From contig OZ001293.3 in assembly GCA_963921275.4 (NCBI GenBank), positions 4,096,001-4,160,000 on the forward strand: DNA of 64,000 nucleotides, given 5' to 3'. Positions within the stretch are counted from its first letter, which is position 1; the number at the start of each line of letters is the position of its first letter. The position numbers and the translations under genes are program-made. Source of the DNA: an uncultured Hormoscilla sp. GTDB taxonomy: Bacteria; Cyanobacteriota; Cyanobacteriia; Cyanobacteriales; Desertifilaceae. This document shows, piece by piece, positions 9,734-19,922 of the stretch. The notes under the pieces are model-generated. The model saw nothing but the letters and a program-made list of their open reading frames with translations, made no database searches and had not been told where the DNA came from.

Positions 9734-9768
9734 TAGGTAGCAACTTAGGTTATATTATATATTGGTAA

Positions 9769-10535
9769 GTGCGATTCGTTTAGCATAAACCGCCAGTGAT
9801 AACTGGTGGGGGACCGCTAGCAGGGTTTCATTAGCCCTAACAACTTACAGATGATGGTGGTGAAAGCCCACCCCTCCAGGTGCAGGAGTGAAAGCATATT
9901 CCTTACAGTAGCGATGGCATCAATCTGTAAAGCAGGAATAAAAGGCGCACTGGCCGGTAGCCTAAACCGGTCAACGTCAAGCAAGTAGCCATGATGAGCA
10001 TAAAGCAAAGATTTGCAGCGTCGTAAATATGAACCAGTGTAATAAGGCTGAGACACTGGCCCAAAAGGGAAAGGATAATGGTCGTTGGCAGGTTTATCTC
10101 TGACCAACAAGCACTGACAATAAACCCGGCGTATGGAATCCATCTAAAGCTACAACCAATCATCTGTAGGAACGAAGTAACCCGGTTACGCACTCTCTAT
10201 CACCGGTCGATAGGTAGAGTAGTCACCAAAGACGTAACATCTGCTCTCATTAGGCAGGTCGTAGCCGGAAAAGGATTGAGTGGAGAAGCAAACGCCTATT
10301 TGTAATGAGTAGGATACGCTGACGCTCTCACGGTAATGTCAAAGGTAAAGTTGCAAGTAACAGTACAAACGTTATGAACAAGGTTTCAAAACCGATGTAT
10401 GAATGGAAGACCATCCCCTGGCGAAAGTTAGAACGGAGGGTTTTCAAGCTGCAAAAGCGAATTTACAGAGCGGCACAACGTGGCAATACACTGCCACGAC
10501 GTAAAGACTGCTAACGATGGTAGTTGCCGTACCTA
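9769..10535 (+). mobile_element. Group II intron remnant with internally deleted RT ORF
   Basis: GTGCGATTCGTT start, colinear with 1676-2400; ORF MNKVSKPMYEWKTIPW...RAAQRGN jumps to the HNH tail CHDVKTANDG; 3' end lost at intron copy 2. Confidence 0.85.
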
Positions 10536-12933
10536 ATTAAACTAAGCCAGTCCGTCACCGGACCGACTCGTCTTCAAAACCGGACATGAGACTTTCGCCT
10601 CATCCTGCTCCTCGGTCACGCCACCCTTGTCATGGGTACGGCTACTGCCATCGCTGGCAGTCTTTTTGTCGTGGCAGTGTTTGTGTAGCAACTGTAGGTT
10701 GTCATACCGGTCCTTACCTCCTAGTGAAAGGGGCATGATATGGTCAACTTCCCATTTGTCACTATCCATAAACGTTAGTCCGCACTGTTGGCATTTTCCC
10801 TTTTGCTGCTTGAGTAGCGTTGCTACCCTTTTACTCAGTTCGGGGCTTTTGCCTAATCTTGTGCTCCAATATGTGAGGTTCCCGTCGTATGGGCTTGCGG
10901 TCCCTTTCACTTTTACGTGTCTGATTATCTCAGTTTCGGAGTGTTTACGTATCTTCATATCACCCTCTTTTGTCTTGCTTCGGAATCGCCATTTAGCATC
11001 CTGGTTTACAGACCAGTATTTATAGGTTATCCAGTTACTTGACTTGTTAGGGTGCCTCCTTTTGGCCCATTGCCATAGGATGTTCCATAGGTAGTTGTCC
11101 ATATCGCTGTAAATTTCCTTGCTTACCACTGTCCTAAAGTAGTTTGACCATCCCCTTATTATCGGGTTTAGCCTGCTTATTAGGGCCGCTTGTGGTGCTG
11201 TTATATGGCTAGTTACCATTTCTGATAACCGTTCTTTATGCTTCCCTATGGACTTATTACTGGGTTTGATTAGGGTTTTGAATCCTAGGGGTGTTCCGTT
11301 TGTTGATTTGCCGGTTCTGTATTTTCCCTCTTTATATTGCCTTATATTGAATCCTAGGAAGTCGAATCCCGGGTTTTCTCCATTTAGCCTGTGGGCTATC
11401 TTTGTCTTTTCGGCCTTCAACTCAAGCCCTATTCTTCTTAGCCACTCTGCCACCACTGTTTGCGCTCTGTCTATCATCTCCCTGTCTTCATGCATGATCA
11501 CAAAGTCGTCTGCGTATCTGACTACCGTCAGCTTTTGCTTTTCCCTTTGTGTCTTTGCTAATTCCATTACTGCTTCCTCTAACCCCTGTAGGGCTATATT
11601 GGCTAGCAGTGGGGATATGACACCCCCTTGTGGCGTTCCTGCCTCAGTTGTGTGCCATATCTTCTTGTCAATCACCCCGGCTTTTAACCATGCCCGTACT
11701 TGTTTACGGATTGGTGACGTAGTATTTAATTTTTCGACTAGCGCTTTGTGGTCTATCCTGTCGAAACATTTCGCAATATCTGCATCTAATACCCATTTGG
11801 GTTTCTGTTTAATGCTGCTGAATATTGCCGCAATTGCATCGTGGCATCCCCGACCCGGTCTGAATCCGTATGAGTTCCCCTCCATATATGCTTCCCATTC
11901 GGGTTCAAGCGCAATCTTGAGGAGCCCTTGATTCGCGCGGTCGTGCATCGTGGGTATTTCTAAAGGACGTTTTTCTTCTCTCCCTGGCTTAGGAATCCAT
12001 ACACGACGTGTAGGCTTAGCCTTGTTTGAGATTTCAATCTGTCCTACCAGTTCTCGGCGTTGCTTTGGGGTTAGTGATTTCACACCATCCACACCGGCTG
12101 TCTTCTTTCCCTGGTTATCTTGTGTAACCCGTCGTACCGCTAGACATTTGGCAGCCCGGGAGCTTACCAGTAACCTTTGGAGCCTGCGAACTTTTTGCTT
12201 ATTGCCTTCTTGTGCCGCTCTGTAAATTCGTTTTTGCAACTTAAAGACTACCCGTTCCAGCCGAGGCCAGGGGATATCCTTCCATTCATTCATCGATTTT
12301 GACATCGTGCTCATGACGTATGTATTGCTACTTACAACTTTACAATTGACGTTACCGTGAGGGCGTCAGCATATCCCATCCATTACAGAAAGGCGTTAGC
12401 TTCTCCGCGAAATCTTTCCCAGATATAACCTGCCGAATGTAAGCAGATGTTGCGCCTTTGGTGGCTGCTCAACCTATCGACCGGTGGTTGAGAGTATGTA
12501 CCTGGTTTACTTCGTTCCTCTAGATGATTGGTCGTAGTTTTAGGTGGATTCCTTATGCCGGGTTTATTGTCGGTGCTTATTGGTCGGAAAAGGAACCGCC
12601 AATGACCATTATCCTTTCCCTTTTGGGCCAGCGTGTTTAGCCTTATTACGCTGGTTTGTCGTAACGACACTGTAAATCTTTGCTTTCGCTCACCGTGACT
12701 ACTTGCACGCTGCGCGAAAAATCGGCGATGACCGGTTTAGGCTACCAGCCAGGGCGCCTTTCGTACCCGCTTCACGGATTGATGCCATCGCTACCGTGGG
12801 GTAAGTGCTGTCACTCCTGCACCTGGAGGGGTGGGCTTTCACCACCATCATCTAAAAGTTATCAAGGCTAATGGAGCCTTGCCAGTGGTCCCCCTTCGGT
12901 TATCACCGGTGGTTTACACTGAACGAGTCGCAC
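10536..12933 (-). mobile_element. Group II intron, copy 2 (apparently identical to copy 1, inverted)
   Basis: Same 619-nt 5' offset and 6-nt 3' offset around an identical 590-aa ORF. Confidence 0.92.
10542..12314 (-). CDS. ltrA: Group II intron reverse transcriptase/maturase/HNH
   Basis: Protein identical to 2295-4067. Confidence 0.95.
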   Translation of the reverse strand: MSTMSKSMNEWKDIPWPRLERVVFKLQKRIYRAAQEGNKQKVRRLQRLLVSSRAAKCLAVRRVTQDNQGKKTAGVDGVKSLTPKQRRELVGQIEISNKAKPTRRVWIPKPGREEKRPLEIPTMHDRANQGLLKIALEPEWEAYMEGNSYGFRPGRGCHDAIAAIFSSIKQKPKWVLDADIAKCFDRIDHKALVEKLNTTSPIRKQVRAWLKAGVIDKKIWHTTEAGTPQGGVISPLLANIALQGLEEAVMELAKTQREKQKLTVVRYADDFVIMHEDREMIDRAQTVVAEWLRRIGLELKAEKTKIAHRLNGENPGFDFLGFNIRQYKEGKYRTGKSTNGTPLGFKTLIKPSNKSIGKHKERLSEMVTSHITAPQAALISRLNPIIRGWSNYFRTVVSKEIYSDMDNYLWNILWQWAKRRHPNKSSNWITYKYWSVNQDAKWRFRSKTKEGDMKIRKHSETEIIRHVKVKGTASPYDGNLTYWSTRLGKSPELSKRVATLLKQQKGKCQQCGLTFMDSDKWEVDHIMPLSLGGKDRYDNLQLLHKHCHDKKTASDGSSRTHDKGGVTEEQDEAKVSCPVLKTSRSGDGLA

Positions 12934-13487
12934 TGAACTAACGGACATAACAACTCAATCAATTTTCACGAGTGGAGAATCTTCTTGCCACTATCAAGTC
13001 CAAGCAACAAGGGCGTCATAGTGCAACATAAAAAAATCAGGCAGGACCCTTTGTTTTAGCAACTAATCAACTTGATAAATTAGCGCTAAATTCAGAAAAA
13101 ATGCTCCACATATATAAAACCGAGCAGCAGGAAGTGAAGCGTTGTTTTAAGTTTGTTAAAGACCCAATGTTTTTTGCGGATAGTGTATTTATTAAATCTC
13201 CAAAATGAATTGAAGTTTTAGGTTTAATTATGGCTCGATCTTTGTTAGTGTATAAAGTAGTAGAGCGACAGATAAGGCAAACACTTAAAGGAACAGGTTC
13301 AGGAGTAAAAAATCAGTTAGGTCCGCTGACGGATAGACCGACCCTACCTTGGATATTTCAATGTTTTCAGTCAATCCATATCTATATATCAGGCGGTAAC
13401 AAACAGATTTCAAATATTAATGAGGAGCGTTTGCACTTTCTGAAATTCTTCCCCCAGCATGGAGCGCGGTACTATTTACTGGCGTAA
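12934..13487 (+). pseudogene. IS1634 family transposase C-terminal fragment
   Basis: FVLATNQLD...YK..Q..VKRCFKFVKDPMFFADSVFIKSP*IE.LGLIM...NQLG..TDRPTL.WIFQCFQSIH; internal stop. Confidence 0.8.
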
Positions 13488-13867
13488 AATTCAAGAGGGT
13501 AAATTATGTAAAAACACACATTCAATAATGAGTATAACTTAGAGATATTTCACCTCTGAGTAGCTTGATATTGAGCAATAATAGAAAAATTTTAGTAATT
13601 TTATGTCAAGTAAGTTGTTGTTGTTGGTTGGTATAATTTTTTGGGTATTTTAAGGGACGCTGCATTGGATATTTGCCTATATTTGTGATATTGTAAGAGT
13701 TAAAAAGACCGATGTTTTATTTATGTAGTACACTTGTCGTGCGTAATGTAGGTTTTAGCGCTCCCACGAGATGCAGCATCAGGAGACATCGAAGGAACTA
13801 CCAGAACCTGCTTGCCTACGGGGCCATAGCCTCCTAATTTTGTCCGGAGTATTGGCATTAATATCAT

Positions 13868-14232
13868 GCTCAATTCCTCCTTGTCTAAAGATTAATAGTC
13901 ATTTAATATCATATATTTGAAATCCACACGCGCACATTTCTTGCGCGTGAAAACAAATTCCCATTGGTAACCACGAAAATCTGCTCTGGGATTTTGTGCA
14001 ATTCCTCTCCCAGGTTTTTTATAGTCATTTAACGTCATATGTCAGGCTTGACACCCGATTCAGAGATGCGCGTGAAAACAATCTTTCTGTGGGTAGCCAC
14101 GAAAATCTACTCTCGAACCTTGTGCAATTCCTCTTTACTTGTAATTTTATAGTCATTTAATGTCATCTCTAAGAGCCTCGTGTAAGAGATGCGAGTGAAA
14201 ACAGACTCCCCGTTGGTAGCCACAAAACATGC
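13868..14232. repeat. Degenerate tandem array, about 3 units of 126-128 bp with four conserved boxes
   Basis: ATAGTCATTTAA at 13895, 14021, 14149; CAATTCCTC at 13871, 13999, 14125; GCG(C/A)GTGAAAACA and GGTA(A/G)CCAC(G/A)AAA in each unit. Confidence 0.8.
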
Positions 14233-14234
14233 TA

Positions 14235-14970
14235 CATGTACGAGTAGCTATATCTAGTATAACAAGTTTAGCGACTTGGAGTTTTGGGATGGTGATGACG
14301 CACTCTTCAAGCGTGGATAGGATTTCAGAATTTATTGCACAAATTAACTCCGAAAAACCAAATACAGTTCGGCAAAGATTATGCATAGTGGTATCAAAAC
14401 TCAAAAGTAAAAAAGGGAACATGCATAACAGAAATAGATGTAACTACTTGTTTTGTACCCTTGCTAAAATGGATATTAAGCTTGTGGCCACAAGATTTTC
14501 CTTACTTACCTTTAGCTATAGATGCTACTAATATTGGAGACAACTTTACTATCTTATCAATTAATGTCTTGATTAGAGGTAGTGGTATTCCCGTGGTCGG
14601 GCAAGTAGTGATCGCTTTTACAGAAAAAGCTTCTTGGCAGCCATTATGGAAAGAATTATTTTCTTCATTAAAAGCAATACTCCGGACAGTTTTTAGAGCC
14701 CAGAACCACCCGAAGTGCAAGGGTTGCGGCAAAAGGCGCACTCGATGTCTCCGGAGAGCGCTATTCGCACTACCCCGGAGACATCGTTCGCTAATTTTTT
14801 CTTTGTCAGCCCCAGGGCTAACGTCGCCTATATTGCTCTATTGAGCAAAGGCTTACGCTGCAAGCCAGAAGGCTACGTACAGTCAAAACGGTCCGGACTA
14901 TTGTAAAAGGTATGGTGCCATCTGAGATGATGACCATTGTATCTGCCGTAAGCGGACTGTATGCTCGAAC
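14235..14970 (+). pseudogene. IS4-like DDE transposase fragment, frameshifted and interrupted by a MITE
   Basis: WSFGMVMT, NTVRQRL, LLKWILSLW, LAIDATNIGDNFTILSINVL; resumes after the MITE (GMVPSE..IVSA..GLYA). Confidence 0.6.
14675..14903. mobile_element. MITE with CAATACTCCGGAC / GTCCGGACTATTG TIRs
   Basis: 6-bp TSD TAAAAG; relatives at 49275-49493 and a single end at 13841-13854; contains a 42-nt hairpin at 14743-14786. Confidence 0.8.
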
Positions 14971-15052
14971 AAGTTGCTGCTGGTGAGACTCGCTATTTGG
15001 GTTCCTTTGCTCAGTATGCAGATTTGGAGATTGACGATTAGCAGAATCCTGT

Positions 15053-15499
15053 TTACAGGTGGATAAAGGCGCGGATGCGATCGGCTATTTTTTGTTGACT
15101 TTTACTGCAACTTTTGTAGCGAACAGTAACAGGTACGCGATCGCCCCTTTTCAGCACTATTACTGTGCGGTAGCCAACCCTAGTATGACCTTTGCTGCGG
15201 GTTTTGTACTGTTCTACTTCTACTGTCCCGATCGCCCCGATCGCATATTCTCTGACTTTTTTACCACACAATCCATATTCTGTCAAGATTACTAATCCCA
15301 GAATTTTGTCAATATAGCAGGTTTCGATTTGAGCGACAAGCAGGAGATAGAGGAGTCCGATAAAAAGTGCGATCGCGCCTATAAATATCACAAACAAGAA
15401 ATAGAGTCCGATAGCAAGCCAAATGCTACCAACGATCCAGGCACTCCAGGGGTAAGCACGGAGTGTCAGGCGAATGGGCGTTTGCTCAATTACTTTCAT
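15053..15499 (-). CDS. Hypothetical membrane protein (2 TM)
   Basis: 148-aa ORF with two hydrophobic segments. Confidence 0.65.
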   Translation of the reverse strand: MKVIEQTPIRLTLRAYPWSAWIVGSIWLAIGLYFLFVIFIGAIALFIGLLYLLLVAQIETCYIDKILGLVILTEYGLCGKKVREYAIGAIGTVEVEQYKTRSKGHTRVGYRTVIVLKRGDRVPVTVRYKSCSKSQQKIADRIRAFIHL

Positions 15500-18400
15500 G
15501 GTTTGCTGGTAGTTTGGAGGAATATCCTGTAACTCGAGAAAGTCTCAAAGTCCAAAGTCAAGGCCTCCTCATAACTGGCCCCAGTAGCATCGATAGTCTG
15601 GACGCGGATGCTATAACTCGACTGGGTCTCAAAGTCCGGAGAACTGTTAATTCGCAGTGAGTCTCCTACTATGGTGAAGGCGTCATTATCATCATCACCA
15701 ACGCCTGAGACAAGCATATAAGTAAAGCTATCTCCATCCTCGGGGTCGGTAGTAGAGAAAGTCCCCACAACTGCACCCTCAGGCGAGTTTTCATTGATGC
15801 TACTGCTGCTGAGGTTGATGTCCGTCGGAGATTCGGCAACATCGTTCACGTCAATAATCAAGACCGACTCCAAAGCATTATTAGCAGAGTCGGTAGTTTG
15901 GACTTCGATGATGTAAATCTCCTGAGTCTCAAAGTCCAAAGAACTGTTAATTCGCAGTTGGTCCCCTACTATGGTGAAGGCGTTGTTGCCGAAGACTAAC
16001 TGGTAGGTAAAGCTATCGGAATTGTCAGGGTCGGCAGTTCCGAAAGTCCCTACGACTGCACCCAATGGGGAGTTAGAATTGATGCTATTGTTGCTGAGAA
16101 CTAAGTCGGTAGGAGATTCGGCAACATCATTGACGTTAATCATGAAGGCCTCCGATTTTTCCGGAACGGTGTAACTGGCCCCAGCAAAGTCGGTAGTCTG
16201 GACGCGGATGAGGTAACTCGACTGGGTCTCAAAGTCCGGAGAACTGTTAATTCGCAGTTGGTCCCCTACTATGGTGAAGGCGGCGTTATTATCGGCACCA
16301 GCGCTTGAGACTAACTGATAGGTAAAGCTATCCGAAACGTCGGGGTCAGTAGTAGAGAAAGTCCCCACGACTGCACCCGATGGGGAGTTAGAATTGATAC
16401 GGCGGTTGCTAAGGACTATGTCAGTAGGAGACTCGGCAACATCGTTGACGTTAATCATGAAGGCCTTCGATTTTTCCGGAACGGTGTAACTGACCCCAGC
16501 AAAGTCAGTAGTCTGGACGCGGATGATGTAACTCGACTGGGTCTCAAAGTTCGGAGAACTGTTAATTCGCAGTTGGTCCCCTACTATGGTGAAGGCGGCG
16601 TTATTATCGGCACCAGCGCCGGAGACTAACTGGTAGGTAAAGGTATCTCCTTCGTCGGGGTCGGTAGTGGAGAAAGTCCCCACGACACTACCCGATGCGG
16701 AGTTTTCATCAATGTTGCGGTTACTGAGAACTAGGTCGGTAGGAGACTCGTCAATAATATTGTTGACGCTAATAGTCAAGGCCTCCGAGTAACTGAGCCC
16801 ATCAGAGTCGGTAGTCTGGACGCGGATGCTGTAACTGGACTGGGTCTCAAAGTCAGGGGAACTGTTAATTCGCAGTTGGTTCCCGGAAATGGAGAAGACG
16901 TCGTTATTATCGGCCATGCCTGAGACTAACCGGTAGGTAAAGCTATCTCCAATGTCAGGGTCGGTAGTTTCGAAAGTCCCCACAACTGCACCATCATCGG
17001 AGTTAGAATTGATGCTACTGTTGCTAAGGACTATGTCGGTCGGAGGTTCGGGAACATCGTTGACGTTAATAGTCAAAGCCTCCGAGTAACTGAGCCTATC
17101 AGAGTCGGTAGTTTGGACGCGGATGCTGTAACTCGACTGGGTCTCAAAGTCCGGAGAACTGTTAATTCGCAGTGAGTCCCCTACTATGGTGAAGGCGTCG
17201 TTATCATTGGGAACGTCGCCTGTGACTAACTGGTAGGTAAAGGTATCTCCATTATCTTCGTCGCTAGTTTCGAAAGTCCCCACAACTGCACCATCATCGG
17301 AGTTAGAATTAATGCTGCTGTTGCTAAGGACTATGTCGGTCGGAGGTTCGGGAACATCGTTGACGTTAATAGTCAAAGCCTCCGAGTAACTGAGCCTATC
17401 AGAGTCGGTAGTTTGGACGCGGATGCTGTAACTCGACTGGGTCTCAAAGTCCGGAGAACTGTTAATTCGCAGTGAGTCCCCTACTATGGTGAAGGCGTCG
17501 TTATCATTGGGAACGTCGCCTGTGACTAACTGGTAGGTAAAGGTATCTCCATTATCTTCGTCGCTAGTTTCGAAAGTCCCCACAACTGCACCATCATCGG
17601 AGTTAGAATTGATGCTGCTGCCAGAGAGGTTGATGTCCGTAGGAGGTTCGGCAACATCAATGACGTTAATAGTCAAGGCCTCCGAGTAACTGGCCCCAGC
17701 AGAGTCAGTAGTCTGGACGCGGATGCTGTACCTCGACTGGGTCTCCCTAATGTTATTCTGGATGCGGATGATGAAATTCGATGGGTTCTCAAAGTCCAAA
17801 GAACTTTTAGTTAGCAGTTCGTCCCCGGAAATGGTGAAGGCGTCGTTATCATCGTCACCGTCGCCTGAGACTAACCGGTAGGTAAAACTATCGGAAACGT
17901 CGAAGTCGCTAGTTTCGAAAGTCCCCACAACTGCACCATCATCGGAGTTAGAATTGATGCTGCTGCCAGAGAGGTTGAGGTCGGTAGGACTTAGGTTAGG
18001 ACGGGGGCCGCCCGTGCGGGCGATTCGGTTACCGAACAGGTCGTCATTGTTCAGTATGGTGCCCGAGGTGATGGACGCTGGAGTGAGGCCTCCTAAATCA
18101 TTAGCGGCGCTATTGCCCGAGAAGGTTACATCTGTGAGGGCCACGGTCGGCAGGCTGCTGGGCATGCCCTGGTTGTTACTGTTGCTATTGGTGGTGGTAT
18201 CCAGGGCGAAAATGGCGCCCCCCAGACCTTGGCCGTTGTTCGTGCCAGTGCCACCTTGAGCGGTATTGCTGTTAAAGCTGCTGTTCAAAACGCTGAGCTC
18301 GCCCAAGCGGATGAATATGGCGGAGCCCATGCCCGCGCCGCCGCCGCCGGTGCCGCCGCCGGAGCCGAAGTTGACGCTGCCAGAAAATGAGTCGCGCATG

Positions 18401-19073
18401 CCGCCGCCGCTGCCGCCGCCGCCGTTGCCGCCGTTGAAAATGCCGTCGCCGCCGCTGCCGCCGCTGCCGCCGTTGCCGCCGTTGCCGCCGGTTGAGCTGC
18501 TGAAGCCGCCGAAGCCGCCGCCGCCGAAGTCGCCGGGGCCGCCGTTGTTGCCGTTGCCGCCGCCTCTGCGGTCGCCGGCGTTGCCGGCGTTGCCGCCGAA
18601 GCCGCCGGGGCCGCCGTCTTCGTTGAAGCCGCCGTTGCGGCCGTTATTACGAGGAAAAGGAGTGAAATTAGCATTACCACCCGCTGCACGGCCGCCGCCA
18701 TTGCCACCCATGGCGCCATTATTCTGGAAAGTGCTATTGGTCACCGTGACCGTCCCGTTAAAGACAAACAGGGCACCGCCCATGCCTGCCGCCCCGCCGC
18801 CGCCATTGTCTCCCTGGGCCCGGCCGTTGCGAAAGGTCAGGTCATCGAAATTGACTGTACCGTTTCTGACAAAGAACAGCCAGTGTTGGTTGTTGCCATT
18901 AATGGTGTTGTTGTTCCCTTTTATCGTGAGCTGGACGTCTTCTTCAATCAGGGGTAGCAACCCTGCCAGAATAATATTTCCCGTGATGTTAATGGTATCT
19001 GTCTCACCGTTATTACTGGAATTGGTAATGGCTTGGGATAGTTCTGCTGGTGTGTCGCGTCAAATTGAGCCAT
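15496..19073 (-). pseudogene. Gly-rich, cadherin-repeat surface protein/adhesin with 5' frameshift and abrupt C-terminus
   Basis: About 8 repeats of PTD..LS...I.EN...G.VVGTF.T.DPD..D.FTY.LV...DFETQSSYSIRVQTTD; ATG at 19073 is out of frame near 19056 compared with paralog 59157; near-exact 300-bp internal duplication; no RTX-like tail. Confidence 0.75.
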
Positions 19074-19922
19074 AATATCTCCTAATGTAAGAGATGAACT
19101 TTTTTAGGGGTTGGTCACCAACGACCTTGAGGGAAGCCAGCTTCTAGCTATCTATAGTAGCATTTCCTGCTTTGTTAGGGAAGAAATTAATTATACTTCA
19201 TTTTTTGGTTCCTCATTGGGAACAGCAAGTTCGCCACAGGTGATAAGTAGTAACCGGTGACGTTTTGGGCCCTCAGAAGGGTGCGGTCACAAATAGTTGA
19301 TAGCCGGGTGCATCGATGATGCATGTAATATAGCCCGCAAGGTCGAACTACGAACTACTTACCAACGGGCGCAAAACCACACCCCCGATTTTACTCCGGC
19401 TTTGGAGGTGCTTACTCCGGCCTTGGAGGTGCTTACTCTGGCCTTGGAGTTACTTAACTGCCCTTCGGTAATCTTGTCTCACGCCAAAGCAAAAGGTTGT
19501 GACGTCACCGAATGACTCTCGTACTCGGTGGAATGATTCAGTTACTCCTAAAAATGAACAGTTACCCCTGGAAATGACTGAGTTTTCCCGGGAATAACTG
19601 AGTCACTCCCTGGGGTGACTCAGTTATTCCTGGATAAAATATCTCCATTGTTAAGGGGCGTGAGCGCAGGCTGCGACCTTGGAGGCCAATGCCATTTAGG
19701 GAGAAAGCCCAGAGTCGGCTGAGATGCCTAAAGGGCGCACTACTCGTATTGCCCTTACGACATAGACATTTTGTCCCGTCAAGTGATGGGTGCGGCTCAA
19801 CTCGCTAGTCTCCCCCCTCGCTACGGACTTCTAGGCGATTGTTCTATACCACATCAATTTGATATACTACTTACTAATTGTTATTCTAGTGCAGCATAAA
19901 TTGACTTTCAACCATTCTACCT

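Larger units (their letters stand above)
8569..9750. mobile_element. ~164-bp IS982-type MITE carrying a nested full IS982
   Basis: TIRs ACTCAAGTTGCTACCTAT / ATAGGTAGCAACTTAGGT; 7-bp TSD TATATTA. Confidence 0.8.
8413..9768 (+). pseudogene. GIY-YIG-like nuclease gene disrupted by a MITE/IS982 and a group II intron
   Basis: Removing 8569-9757 rejoins ...PGLYAIRHRVDG-ILYIGK (GIY..YIG); then cut at GTGCG 9769. Confidence 0.6.

Noticed and set aside
4074..10535. Simple inversion between the two intron copies as the explanation of the broken flanks
   Set aside because: Swapping the 3' flanks still does not restore urtB, IS110, IS1634 or the deleted intron
13895..14160. The 127-bp array as tandem small-peptide (RiPP precursor-like) genes
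   Set aside because: ATG-started frames on the minus strand read the conserved boxes in different frames in different units, so conservation is at nucleotide level
17954..19075. Pro-rich and Ala-rich ORFs here and at 59364-60358
   Set aside because: Shadow frames of the GGC-rich Gly tract of the adhesin genes
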